A DNA stretch of 64,000 nucleotides, taken from positions 180,695-244,694 of the forward strand of contig JAOAQX010000007.1 in NCBI GenBank assembly GCA_025210805.1, read 5' to 3'. Positions within the stretch are counted from its first letter, which is position 1. Each line of letters opens with the position of its first letter. A program made the translations under genes and the position numbers. The DNA comes from Flavobacteriales bacterium. Lineage in GTDB: Bacteria > Bacteroidota > Bacteroidia > Flavobacteriales > CAJXXR01. The notes beneath the pieces were generated by a model, which made no database searches, was not told the DNA's origin, and worked only from the letters and a program-made list of their open reading frames with translations. This document shows positions 1-9,453 of the stretch, piece by piece.

Positions 1-293
1 AAGCGGTAGGCTATTGGGCTATAAAGCTCCATATAAACCTTAGCATGCAGAGACCACTTTTTATACTTAAAAACTTCCCTATGATAACCAAAAGCAAATT
101 CTGGTGCCCAAGACATATTGGGTTTATAGAAACCCTCTGAGTGTGTTATTTGTGCGGGCGTTTTTGCTTTGGCAGCAAGATATAAAGCACTGGTGTAGTA
201 AGGTTTGCTTTCTTGAGCTAGAGCAATATAACTCAATAAAAATAGAAGGGTAAATAAGTATTTACCACTATATTTTTTCGAAATTTCAATCAT
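1..293 (-). CDS. hypothetical secreted protein, N-terminal part (gene runs off the left window edge)
   Basis: Not in the ORF track. My own reverse-strand translation from the ATG at 293-291 gives MIEISKKYSGKYLFTLLFLLSYIALAQESKPYY..., open to position 1, with a signal-peptide-like N-terminus. Confidence 0.4.
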   Translation of the reverse strand, partial: MIEISKKYSGKYLFTLLFLLSYIALAQESKPYYTSALYLAAKAKTPAQITHSEGFYKPNMSWAPEFAFGYHREVFKYKKWSLHAKVYMELYSPIAYR

Positions 294-367
294 GAATTTT
301 AATTCTTTATTATACTACCAAAAATATCTATAATATTCTGTTACACTGAATAAAATGCTTTTTTTTA

Positions 368-1135
368 TCACAACCGATATCCAAGGGAAATAGATGGAAT
401 AAACCATTTTATACCAAAGCTAGAAATAGTGCTCTCAAAATAGTTATTCTTACCCGAATAAATTCCATGGCTTGCATGATTACCGTGGTGGTAATAGGTT
501 CTTATAAAATACATATTTCCTGATGATCTCTGATATTCCAAATTGACATTGAAATTCAATGCAATCAGAAGTTTATAAAAGCTTTTTGTCACCTTTATTT
601 TTGTTCTAATTCCAGAAGCAAATGTATTTGGTTTATCAAAATAATAGTAAAATTTTTCTTTGTATTTAAAGTATTCCAAGGATTCATGTGCCACACCTTG
701 TTTTCCCCACCAACGGTAATATAAAGCGGCAGAAACAGAAATATCTAAGTATCTATTGGGTAACACATCTTTTCCAAATCCAAGAGAAATAGTGTTTTCG
801 TCAAAGAATGCTCCTTCATTCATTTTCTGAACCAAAAACTCTGGATAATTACCTATTACTTCATATTCATTTCTATACTGATGTTTTAAATACTCTAGAA
901 GAATGAAGCTTTTTTCTCTGTAAAAATATCTGGTTTCTATTCCCCATTTAGACGAAAAAGCATTTGGTGCTTTATGTAATTCGAGCGGATTTTTGGATTC
1001 TTCTACGATATTCTTATAGTCTTTATTTCCTGAAAACTTATATCCATCAAAATAGAATTCCACACGCTTTTGAGCCCAGCCAAAAGACACAAAAGAAAAA
1101 GCTAATACTGCTAATAATCTATTCTTAGAAAACAT
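368..1135 (-). CDS. hypothetical signal-peptide protein, outer-membrane beta-barrel-like
   Basis: Track ORF 368..1141 starts at TTG. The in-frame ATG at 1135 gives MFSKNRLLAVLAFSFVSFGWAQ (signal peptide). The protein is rich in Tyr/Phe with an alternating pattern. No family recognised. Confidence 0.5.
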   Translation of the reverse strand: MFSKNRLLAVLAFSFVSFGWAQKRVEFYFDGYKFSGNKDYKNIVEESKNPLELHKAPNAFSSKWGIETRYFYREKSFILLEYLKHQYRNEYEVIGNYPEFLVQKMNEGAFFDENTISLGFGKDVLPNRYLDISVSAALYYRWWGKQGVAHESLEYFKYKEKFYYYFDKPNTFASGIRTKIKVTKSFYKLLIALNFNVNLEYQRSSGNMYFIRTYYHHGNHASHGIYSGKNNYFESTISSFGIKWFIPSISLGYRL

Positions 1136-1862
1136 AAGCAAAGAATAAAGCAGGATTCAACAAATCTAAATTGATTTCTTGGGTATTTACTTCTATATAG
1201 TTTGTTTCAAACTGATCTGGAAATTTCTCAAGCTGATAGGTATTTATTTGCATCTGTTTTTCACCATGCCATTGATAATAAAGAAGATTATCGAAAGACA
1301 GACCGAGTAGAAGTTTTCCCCATTTTTTCATCAACCTTGGTTGAAGAACGAAACCTACACGTCTTTCTTTAGGTATCAAATACTCATTTGCACTATTTTC
1401 TAAAGGGGATACTAAAGTCGTGTAATTTCTTGCCCGATTCATCTCAAAATAACTATGTAAACCTCCCAAAAAATCTATTGATACACCTTTTCCTAAAGTA
1501 TATCTTCTTCCATAAGACAGTTGAACACTTATAAATCCCGCAGGAGTATAGTTTGAAGCCCCATTTATTGTGGAATTTAAAATTTCTGCAACTATATACC
1601 TCTTCTCCTTCCAATGTCCTATATTCCCCTGTATTTCTATTTGTATTAAATGCTTTTTGTTATGAATTTTATTAACAAACACACCTAATTCAAGATTAGT
1701 ACTCCTACTAGAAGTTGTCGTTTTAATGCCTGTTTTGGAATTTTTGTATAAATACTCACCTGAAAAACTATTGACATCTCTAAAAGAAAGACCTACAGTG
1801 GTTTGAGCACTCCCTACAAGAATGCCTAAAAAAAATGTGTAAAAGAAAATTTTTCTTATCAT
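1125..1862 (-). CDS. hypothetical signal-peptide protein, outer-membrane beta-barrel-like
   Basis: 245-aa ORF with an ATG start, signal peptide MIRKIFFYTFFLGILVGSAQ and a C-terminal ...FFAYVF (terminal Phe is typical of OM barrels). It overlaps the downstream gene by 11 nt, suggesting an operon. Confidence 0.5.
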   Translation of the reverse strand: MIRKIFFYTFFLGILVGSAQTTVGLSFRDVNSFSGEYLYKNSKTGIKTTTSSRSTNLELGVFVNKIHNKKHLIQIEIQGNIGHWKEKRYIVAEILNSTINGASNYTPAGFISVQLSYGRRYTLGKGVSIDFLGGLHSYFEMNRARNYTTLVSPLENSANEYLIPKERRVGFVLQPRLMKKWGKLLLGLSFDNLLYYQWHGEKQMQINTYQLEKFPDQFETNYIEVNTQEINLDLLNPALFFAYVF

Positions 1863-2011
1863 GCTGATTATTAATTATTCAACAATGATAAGAAAAAATA
1901 TCAAACTGGTTTATTTTTTTCTTAAATCACAAATAAAACCTGTCGGTCTAGTTTTTTAATTTTCTTTTTAACAAAAATGATGATTACTTTTAAATTATTG
2001 AATATTACCGA

Positions 2012-2140
2012 GTTCTCGATACAATTTCTTTTCCGTTTCTCTCCAAATAAATCACTCGAACTGACATACTCGATACAATTTCTTGTCAATTCGAGTGGTT
2101 TTTGATGAAATGCAATGGAATCAAAAGTTGTATCGAGAAC
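2012..2140. repeat. R-family mosaic palindromic repeat, locus 1 (module A reversed + module B)
   Basis: GTTCTCGATACAATTTCTTTTCCGTTTCTCTCCAAATAAATCACTCGAACTGACA, a spacer, then TGTCAATTCGAGTGGTTTTTGATGAAATGCAATGGAATCAAAAGTTGTATCGAGAAC. Confidence 0.9.
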
Positions 2141-2188
2141 ACCCGCCACATGATTTATCCAATAAAAATGATGAGATATTTGTTATTT

Positions 2189-2911
2189 CTAAACTCCTGA
2201 TTTATAGGTATCCAAAACCATTTTGATAGAACCCACGGCTAATTCGGTTTTGAGTTTCACAGGAACTTTTTGATGGTCTTTGGTTATCCAAACCTTTAGG
2301 GGTTCTCCGTCACCAAAAACACGTCCTGAGGCTACTTTTACATCGAAAACCATGCATTTTGTATCGTCGCCAAGAATGGAATCCATTTCTTCGTCCTCAC
2401 GATAAATAAACTCGGTTACAAAAACTTCGTTATTTAAATAGATAGGAACCTCTATACTGGCTCCCATTTCTAAATTCTGTAGGTTTTGCTTTCGCAAATA
2501 GTAGAAAAACGAAACTAAATCTTGGGTATTCGTTGGGCAGTCAATAGTATCTGTTTTAGAAGTTGCTTTTCCTCCTCCAAATGTGGTTTGTTGCACTCTT
2601 TCGTAGCTTCCTTCTTTTACATCCCGCTTAAATATTTGCGGGGTGATATCCTTTGAAGTATAAGAATCATAATAATCTCTTACTTTAAAAAAATTATCAA
2701 AAAAACTGGTGCTCCAGCCCTTTGCTCTAAAATGGTAGCTATTTTCTTTTTCGTAGGTTACTAATTGTCCATAACCCGCTTTAATAAAACCATATTTTAC
2801 CTTAAAACGCATCGTTTCACCATTGGAAAAAGGAATAGAATCCTTTTCTATAGCGAATCCATTTAGGCTGAAAAAACTAATAAATGTCAGTAGGGAGATA
2901 AATTTTTTCAT
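2189..2911 (-). CDS. DUF3108-like secreted protein
   Basis: 240-aa ORF with a signal peptide. The N-terminal GETMRFKVKYGFIKAGYGQL pattern resembles the DUF3108 family from memory. Not verified by search. Confidence 0.5.
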   Translation of the reverse strand: MKKFISLLTFISFFSLNGFAIEKDSIPFSNGETMRFKVKYGFIKAGYGQLVTYEKENSYHFRAKGWSTSFFDNFFKVRDYYDSYTSKDITPQIFKRDVKEGSYERVQQTTFGGGKATSKTDTIDCPTNTQDLVSFFYYLRKQNLQNLEMGASIEVPIYLNNEVFVTEFIYREDEEMDSILGDDTKCMVFDVKVASGRVFGDGEPLKVWITKDHQKVPVKLKTELAVGSIKMVLDTYKSGV

Positions 2912-3075
2912 ATTAAGGTAAATTATGGTTTCAGGTAATTTAAAACAATTTTTGTACCAAAAGGGCTTGTTCTTTTAAGGATATTTTAAATAACCACTTC
3001 CTAATCAAGACAGAAAGCACTTTCCTTTTTCATTTTTTTGTATATTTACCTATATCATTACAATCAATAATTATT

Positions 3076-3540
3076 ATGAAAAATATTATTATTTTCTGTG
3101 CTTTTTTCACATTTATTCAAATGGGATTCTCTCAAAAACTAGAAATTAAAAATGGAGGAGTTTATACAGAAACGGGTCAAAAACTGTCTCACAAAGAAAT
3201 AAAACAGAAATTAGCCGTTTATCCTGAGGCATTAAAAAATTACAGGAGATCTAGAACCAAGGCTGTTACGGCAATTTTTTCATCTGGACTGGGTGGTGCT
3301 TGTTTTGGAATCAATATTGCACAACTTATTAAGGGTCATCAAATTACTTGGCAGGCTTCGGCAGTTGGAGCTTGGTTTATTGGTGGAGCTTTAGTTTTGG
3401 CAGGAGGTGCAAATAGAAAGGCTCGAAAAGCCATTGATCTTTACAACAGTAATCAAACGGCTTATATTCCGCCTCAAAATCAGCGTGAATTAAAACTCCA
3501 TATCACTGGAAATGGTGTTGGTTTAGCTTTTCATTTTTAA
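3076..3540 (+). CDS. hypothetical membrane protein
   Basis: 154-aa ORF with an ATG start and signal peptide ending FSQ. It has Gly/Ala-rich hydrophobic segments (SSGLGGACFGINIAQ, GAWFIGGALVLAGGA). Confidence 0.5.
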   Translation: MKNIIIFCAFFTFIQMGFSQKLEIKNGGVYTETGQKLSHKEIKQKLAVYPEALKNYRRSRTKAVTAIFSSGLGGACFGINIAQLIKGHQITWQASAVGAWFIGGALVLAGGANRKARKAIDLYNSNQTAYIPPQNQRELKLHITGNGVGLAFHF

Positions 3541-3551
3541 GGTTTTATTGG

Positions 3552-4187
3552 GTTCTCGATACAATTTTTGACTCCATTGCATTCCATCAAAAACCACTCG
3601 AACTGACATACTCGATACAGTTTTATATTCCTGTCAGTTCGAGTGATTTCTTTGGAGAGAAGCGGAAAAGAAATTGTATCGAGAACTCACTGCATTCCAT
3701 CAAAAACCACTTGAACCGACATACTCAATACAATTTTATATTCCTGTCAGTTCGAGTGATTTCTTTGGAGAGAAACGGAAAAGAAATTGTATCGAGAACT
3801 CTTTGCATTCCATAAAAAACCACTTGAACCGACATACTCAATTCAATTTTATATTCCTGTCAGTTCGAGTGATTTCTTTGGAGAGAAACGGAAAAGAAAT
3901 TGTATCGAGAACTCTCTGCACTTCATCAAAAACTACTTGAACCGATATAGTCAATACAATTTTATATTCCTGTCAGTTCGAGTGATTTCTTTGGAGAGAA
4001 ACGGAAAAGAAATTGTATCGAGAACTCTCTGCATTTCATCAAAAACCTCTCAAACTGACATAGTCAATACAATTTAATATTCCTGTCAGTTCGAGTGATT
4101 TCTTTGGAGAGAAACGGAAAAGAAATTGTATCGAGAACTCTCTGCACTTCATCAAAAACTACTTGAACTGACATGCTCAATACAATT
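3552..4187. repeat. R-family tandem array, 113-bp period, about 5.5 units
   Basis: TGTATCGAGAAC recurs at 3675, 3788, 3901, 4014 and 4127. Each unit carries 14-bp inverted arms CACTCGAACTGACA/TGTCAGTTCGAGTG. Confidence 0.95.
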
Positions 4188-5549
4188 CTAATTTGCTCTT
4201 ACAGTCAGAACTTTTAATAAACGATCGTAAGAGAGTACTTGACTATTTGATCGATGATAAAAATAGATTCTATACTGGTTACTTGCCTCAGAGAAATTCC
4301 CTTCCACGAGGTCAAAAGTTGCTTTTGCATTGGCAATATGCGGTACAAAGATATAAGCATAGTTATAATACCCTTGTTTTAATTGCATTTTCAAGCGATA
4401 GGCATTTTCGTCGGGATGATAAATCATTTTCGATTTTTCGTCTAAATTCCAATCATTTAAAGCTCCTAAAACATAGAGATCTCCTTCTAGTTTACCATAT
4501 TTAGATTCATAGGTAAAATGGACATTTGCATATTCTGCTTCCAGTTCAGAGTTCGTACTATTAAAACGGTTTATGAGATAACCACCATTAATATCTACGG
4601 CATTTCTAAAATAACCTTTGTTATTGTTCTCTCCAAGTCTGACTTTTACCTGTGCTTGGTCTTCTGTACCAGTTCTACGTATAGACTCCACCCCTAATCC
4701 AAAAGATAGGAGAGAAGTCATTTCAAAAGTTCTATATTCTGCTCCTGCTTCAAAAATATTGGTGTTTAATGCATCAAAAATCAAGCTTTCATTGCGTATA
4801 TGCCCTATTCTTGGATTAAAAATAGCATTATCCCATCGTCCATTTTGTTGAATCACTACTCGTATTTCTTCGGGCATTATATAGTGTGGGATATCTTCTG
4901 TAGAAATCTCTGCTACTACTTCGTGGTGGGTGGTTCTATACTGAGGACTTCTTGCAATATTTGCCTGCGCATTTGCTCCAATACTCAGTTCATCTTGCAC
5001 AGCAAACCGCTTGGTCAAAAGCACTCTTTCTTCATCTTCTTCAAATACTACAAGCAGATAATTTCCAGAAACTTTGGGTTTCATCATTTCATTGGGAAAA
5101 AAGAGCTCATACCGCACATAGTTTTGGGCAACTCCTTGAGAGAAATCGTAGTCTCTTATTTCAGCTTGACTAAAACCTTCTATATAATCTAATGGATCTA
5201 TTTCACTCAATTTCCAATCATATGTACAATGTAGGATTTGGTAATGGTATTGTTGATCTTCGCCAAACTCATCAAAAGTTAAGCGAATTCTGTTTTTTGA
5301 ACCTAAAGAAACCACAGGAAGCAAATTCAAATTTGGATCTGCAATGGTGGTAATACTCTTTATCGTCTGGGCTTGTAGTCCAGAATATTCTGCGGTAATT
5401 CTAGCGGTTTTTATAGCTTCATCATAGACTTTATTCTCAGCTTTTATTCCTTCCAAAAATTCGGGAATTTGAGCCTTTATTCCAAAAGGAATGAACAATA
5501 AAGAATATAAAAACAGATATTTAATCAACAATTTTTCCATATAAATCAT
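4188..5549 (-). CDS. DUF5103 / type IX secretion plug-domain-like protein
   Basis: 453-aa ORF with a signal peptide. The segment RLTFDEFGEDQQYHYQILHCTYDWKLSEIDPLDYIEGF...YELFFPN matches my recollection of the DUF5103 (T9SS_plug_1st) signature. An alternative ATG lies at 5540. Confidence 0.55.
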   Translation of the reverse strand: MIYMEKLLIKYLFLYSLLFIPFGIKAQIPEFLEGIKAENKVYDEAIKTARITAEYSGLQAQTIKSITTIADPNLNLLPVVSLGSKNRIRLTFDEFGEDQQYHYQILHCTYDWKLSEIDPLDYIEGFSQAEIRDYDFSQGVAQNYVRYELFFPNEMMKPKVSGNYLLVVFEEDEERVLLTKRFAVQDELSIGANAQANIARSPQYRTTHHEVVAEISTEDIPHYIMPEEIRVVIQQNGRWDNAIFNPRIGHIRNESLIFDALNTNIFEAGAEYRTFEMTSLLSFGLGVESIRRTGTEDQAQVKVRLGENNNKGYFRNAVDINGGYLINRFNSTNSELEAEYANVHFTYESKYGKLEGDLYVLGALNDWNLDEKSKMIYHPDENAYRLKMQLKQGYYNYAYIFVPHIANAKATFDLVEGNFSEASNQYRIYFYHRSNSQVLSYDRLLKVLTVRAN

Positions 5550-6837
5550 AAGGTTCTGCCGAGGTGATTTCTACACGAGCAAAATCACCAATTCGGATAT
5601 GGTTTTCTTCACTTACTGGAACCAAAACTTCATTATCCACCTCTGGTGAGTCATATTCTGTTCTTCCGATAAAGAAACCATCTTCTACACGATCAAACAA
5701 TACTTCAAAAACTTTGCCTACTTTTTTGATATTATTTGAATGAGAAATCCCAGCTTGCAGTTCCATAACGGCATTTGCTCGTTTTTGTTTTATTTCTTGT
5801 GGAACATCATCTTCAAAGTTAAAAGCATGGGTGTTTTCTTCATGAGAATAAGTAAATGCTCCCAATCTTTCAAATTGCATTTCTTCTACCCAATCCATCA
5901 TTTCTTGGAAATCTTCTTCGGTTTCCCCTGGATATCCTACAATAAGTGTGGTACGGATGGCTATATCTGGTATTATTGCACGAATGTCATGAATAAGTTT
6001 CGTGGTTTTTTCTCTAGTAATTCCTCGTCTCATAGCTTTTAAAACACTTGTAGAGCCATGTTGAAGAGGCATATCGAGGTAATTACATATATTTTTATGC
6101 TTTTTCATCACCTCTATAACTTCCATAGGGAAGCCTGCGGGATAAGCATAATGTAACCTAATCCAGTCTAATCCTTCAATTTTAGCCATTTGATCTAAAA
6201 GATCTGCCAATTTTCGTTCTTTGTATAGATCCAAACCATAAAATGTAAGATCTTGGGCGATAAGTAAGACTTCTTTAGTTCCGTTTTTTACTAAATTTCT
6301 TACTTGATCTAAGAGTTCTTCTATTGGGGTAGATTGGTGTTTTCCACGCATCAAAGGAATGGCACAAAAGGAACAAGGTCTATCACATCCTTCGGCTATT
6401 TTTAGATAGGCGTAGTGTGCTGGAGTGGTTAATAAGCGTTCTCCAATCAATTCTTTTTTATAATCTGCTCTCAGTGTTTTTAAGAGTTTGGGTAGGTCTT
6501 TTGTTCCGAAATACTTATCTACATCTGGTATTTCTTTTTCCAAATCATCTTTATACCGCTCAGAAAGACAACCTGTAACATAGAGTCTCTCTATTAATCC
6601 TGCTTCCTTTGCTTCCACAAATTGTAGGATAGTATTTACAGATTCTTCCTTGGCACTTTCTATAAAACCACAAGTGTTTACAATTACAATGGACGAGTCT
6701 TCAGCCTGAGATTCATGCTCTACTTCGTAGTTATTTGCTTTTAACTGGCTCATCATCACCTCAGAATCAAAAAGGTTTTTGGCACAACCAAGTGTTACCA
6801 CATTGATTTTGTTCTTCTTTAATGTTTTGGTTTTCAT
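5521..6837 (-). CDS. rimO: ribosomal protein S12 methylthiotransferase RimO
   Basis: 438 aa. It has the N-terminal UPF0004 pattern KINVVTLGCAKNLFDSE, the radical-SAM motif CDRPCSFCAIP and a C-terminal TRAM-like end. Confidence 0.93.
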   Translation of the reverse strand: MKTKTLKKNKINVVTLGCAKNLFDSEVMMSQLKANNYEVEHESQAEDSSIVIVNTCGFIESAKEESVNTILQFVEAKEAGLIERLYVTGCLSERYKDDLEKEIPDVDKYFGTKDLPKLLKTLRADYKKELIGERLLTTPAHYAYLKIAEGCDRPCSFCAIPLMRGKHQSTPIEELLDQVRNLVKNGTKEVLLIAQDLTFYGLDLYKERKLADLLDQMAKIEGLDWIRLHYAYPAGFPMEVIEVMKKHKNICNYLDMPLQHGSTSVLKAMRRGITREKTTKLIHDIRAIIPDIAIRTTLIVGYPGETEEDFQEMMDWVEEMQFERLGAFTYSHEENTHAFNFEDDVPQEIKQKRANAVMELQAGISHSNNIKKVGKVFEVLFDRVEDGFFIGRTEYDSPEVDNEVLVPVSEENHIRIGDFARVEITSAEPYDLYGKIVD

Positions 6838-6906
6838 TTAGGTTGGTTTGGTGGGGTAAAATTACGAAGGCTTTTTGGATATTCCTTTTTTTGCTGGAAA
6901 GGATTT

Positions 6907-7177
6907 GTTCTCGATAAAATTTTTGACTCCATTGCATTTCATCAAAAATCACTCGAACTGACATACTCAATATAATTTTTTTCCTGTCAGTTCGAGTGAA
7001 TTTTCTGGAGAGAAACGTAAGAAAATTTTTATCGAGAACCCACTGCATTTCATCAAAAATCACTCGAACTGACATACTCGATACAATTTTACATCTCTGT
7101 CAGTTCGAGTGATTTCTTTGGAGAGAAACGGAAAAGAAATTGTATCGAGAACCCACTACATTCCATCAAAAACCACT
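6907..7177. repeat. R-family mosaic palindromic repeat, locus 3
   Basis: It has the same modules as 3552-4187 (two A-type, two reversed B-type pieces), between the rimO start codon and the upstream gene's terminator. Confidence 0.9.
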
Positions 7178-7200
7178 TCCCAAAGAAACAGGAAGTGGTT
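7165..7200 (-). terminator. rho-independent terminator of 7220..7900
   Basis: Stem AACCACTTCC/GGAAGTGGTT with a 10-nt loop, and a T-run on the minus strand. Confidence 0.65.
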
Positions 7201-7219
7201 TGTAAATGCTCATTCTAAT

Positions 7220-7900
7220 CTAAATCTTAACCCCTATGTAGATATTAGGCTCAAATAAGAAATAGTTCCTCCATTTATCATCTAAAACTTTAAAGCTTTC
7301 TGGGGTTTTGGTATCAAATACCCAAAACTGAGAATGCACTTGTGGCTCAATAAAGAACTGTTTGTTTTTTCCGAAACTAAAGTGATATCCAAGATGGAAG
7401 GAATTATAAAGTTTAAATCCGTTTCCTATTTTCTTTCTATCCATGTCTAAATAGGTCTTAAACAAAGGTAGTACCTCAACGGTTACAAATAAATCTTTCC
7501 AAATAGTACGTTGATAAGTTATTCCTAGTCCTCTTTCTCTTAGATGACCGGGGTAAAACTCACTTTTTGTTTCTATCTTGTCTAAAAGTCCATCCCACCA
7601 TGTGATTCCCATAGGCTGAAATAATTGCCAAGTTGCAAACTTAACTCCCAAAGTAGCTTTTTTGCTAATTTCTCGCTTATAGTGCAGCTCTATATGCTGG
7701 GTATTTGTTCTGTCTTCCCATGATTTTGAAAAAAACTGTGGTACAATAATGAAGGGTAGGCTCACTCTATTTTTAAGTTTTGCTCCTTTTTCAATATCTG
7801 ATGGATGGTCTTTTTGGGCTTGTGCTCCAAGTGAAGCAAATAGAAAGAACAATAATAGTAATTGTTTTCTCGAATTCTGAAGGTAATATCTTGTTCTCAT
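7220..7900 (-). CDS. hypothetical outer-membrane protein
   Basis: 226-aa ORF with signal peptide ...LFASLGAQAQ and a beta-strand-like alternating aromatic pattern. A hairpin terminator follows it. Confidence 0.5.
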   Translation of the reverse strand: MRTRYYLQNSRKQLLLLFFLFASLGAQAQKDHPSDIEKGAKLKNRVSLPFIIVPQFFSKSWEDRTNTQHIELHYKREISKKATLGVKFATWQLFQPMGITWWDGLLDKIETKSEFYPGHLRERGLGITYQRTIWKDLFVTVEVLPLFKTYLDMDRKKIGNGFKLYNSFHLGYHFSFGKNKQFFIEPQVHSQFWVFDTKTPESFKVLDDKWRNYFLFEPNIYIGVKI

Positions 7901-8099
7901 TTTTTGGATTTTAACTTTGTGTCAAACAATACTGTTGTGATCCCTATTCTTCTGATTCTACGAAAGCCGTAAATGGTATTAATAGGTTTTATTTACAACA
8001 GAATAACGATGCAAAAATGCATGAGAAAATGAGAAGAATCGTACTAAAATATAATTTCGAACCTTCTTTGTTTTTATATATTGTGATACTCTATTCTTT

Positions 8100-8441
8100 C
8101 TATTTAATCTTTTTTATAAGTCGCATGATATTTAAACGAGCTTCATAGGTTGACACGATCCTTAAAGCTAAAAATGAAAGCAATACTAACCACAACACTA
8201 ATTCAGGCATTTCGAATCTATATTTTATCGTTTGAAGTAACTGAATAATTAATGAAATATTAAAAATAATGATTATACGATCAAAAACGGTATTTTTTCT
8301 CGACCAGCCTATATAGCTTATCATAATCGAACAAAATAAAGGGATTATAAAACTCCAGATGGAATTTTCTAGTATAATATCAGTAAAATACCAAGGGATA
8401 AATTCAATAAAAAATAAACGACTTGTAATTTCTTTATTCAT
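8100..8441 (-). CDS. small hypothetical multi-pass membrane protein
   Basis: 113-aa ORF with an ATG start and 3-4 hydrophobic spans. No recognisable family. Part of the low-GC island. Confidence 0.4.
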   Translation of the reverse strand: MNKEITSRLFFIEFIPWYFTDIILENSIWSFIIPLFCSIMISYIGWSRKNTVFDRIIIIFNISLIIQLLQTIKYRFEMPELVLWLVLLSFLALRIVSTYEARLNIMRLIKKIK

Positions 8442-8521
8442 GTTTGATAAGGTGTTGAGTTTTTTTAAATCATTCTAATTCTCAACAGTTATTTATGGGT
8501 GTTTTTTGGAGGAAACCAAGC

Positions 8522-8836
8522 TTAATCTAGTACCCAATAAAGCCCTTCATACACTGTGTTACTTAGTAGATAAAACAAAAGACTAAACCAATATAGCTGA
8601 GTCAGAACAATGCTCTGATTCTTAAATTTTGTTACAAAAAGCCTCATAAACTCATACATAATATTGAATAAAACTGTTATAAAACATATAGAATACAAAT
8701 AATATACAATTTCCGAGTATATAAATTTATTGAATTCATATTTAGAGTTAGCTTCTGAACTAATCAAAATAAAAACAGACACTAAAGAGGATATTATAAA
8801 CATTATTTGATATACTTTTCGAATAATTTTCCACAT
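8522..8836 (-). CDS. small hypothetical multi-pass membrane protein
   Basis: 104-aa ORF with an ATG start and about 3 hydrophobic spans. No recognisable family. Confidence 0.4.
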   Translation of the reverse strand: MWKIIRKVYQIMFIISSLVSVFILISSEANSKYEFNKFIYSEIVYYLYSICFITVLFNIMYEFMRLFVTKFKNQSIVLTQLYWFSLLFYLLSNTVYEGLYWVLD

Positions 8837-8884
8837 AATTTATCTCTTATTTAAATCCATTTGGAACTTGCAAAAACAAAGTCT

Positions 8885-9412
8885 TTATTGACATTGAAAA
8901 TCTTCCACATGAAAACCCACTTGGGTAATTGACCTATAATAAACGAAGTCTAGAAACTCTTCCCAAGTAATATCACCGTTTCTGTAATGATAAATTGCAG
9001 CGTCATTATAGTTATAATAAAGCCCTACCAAATTTGCCCCTATTGATCCGTAATCAAAATATTGAGCGTTTATCATTTCTTCTAAACAGTCATTTTCCTT
9101 TAATTCTCTAAGTTTATCAAAAAAAGGATCTTCAAATGTAATCAACAGTATTTGTGTTTCTTTTGAAGGAATCTGATACTTGGAGACAATTCTTTTATTC
9201 TCTTTCAAATAGAACGGTAAATATTTGCAAATATGTTCTTTTGGCTTGTTTTGCAGATAGATATAATTTGACTCACTTGAGTGATCCACTATAAACTCTG
9301 CCTGACTGACATTATTCGCCACTAAAAAAGAATCTAATCTCGAACGTTGAGCAATCGCTATCGAAAATATCGATAAAAAAACTATTGTTAGTTTAACTTT
9401 AGTTGAGTCCAT
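8885..9412 (-). CDS. hypothetical secreted protein
   Basis: 175-aa ORF with signal peptide LTIVFLSIFSIAIAQ. No recognisable family. Confidence 0.45.
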   Translation of the reverse strand: MDSTKVKLTIVFLSIFSIAIAQRSRLDSFLVANNVSQAEFIVDHSSESNYIYLQNKPKEHICKYLPFYLKENKRIVSKYQIPSKETQILLITFEDPFFDKLRELKENDCLEEMINAQYFDYGSIGANLVGLYYNYNDAAIYHYRNGDITWEEFLDFVYYRSITQVGFHVEDFQCQ

Positions 9413-9453
9413 AATAATTTAAAAATTGATGAATAACACTGACAAACTGCACC

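Noticed and set aside
1922-2149. ORF-track ORFs lying inside the R- and S-family repeats (1922..2149, 3674..3940, 3787..4077, 6767..7075, 14556..14768, 19562..19885, 19894..20100).
   Set aside because: Their peptides are the repeat read in frame, for example the recurring SVRVVFDGMQWSQK and FFGEKRKRNCIENS. They overlap each other, have no independent start context, and exist only because the repeat lacks stop codons in one frame.
3552-4187. Regularly spaced repeat array that might be read as a CRISPR locus.
   Set aside because: The whole 113-bp unit is repeated with scattered substitutions. There are no unique spacers between conserved repeats, the period is far longer than CRISPR repeat-plus-spacer units, and no cas genes are present in the window.
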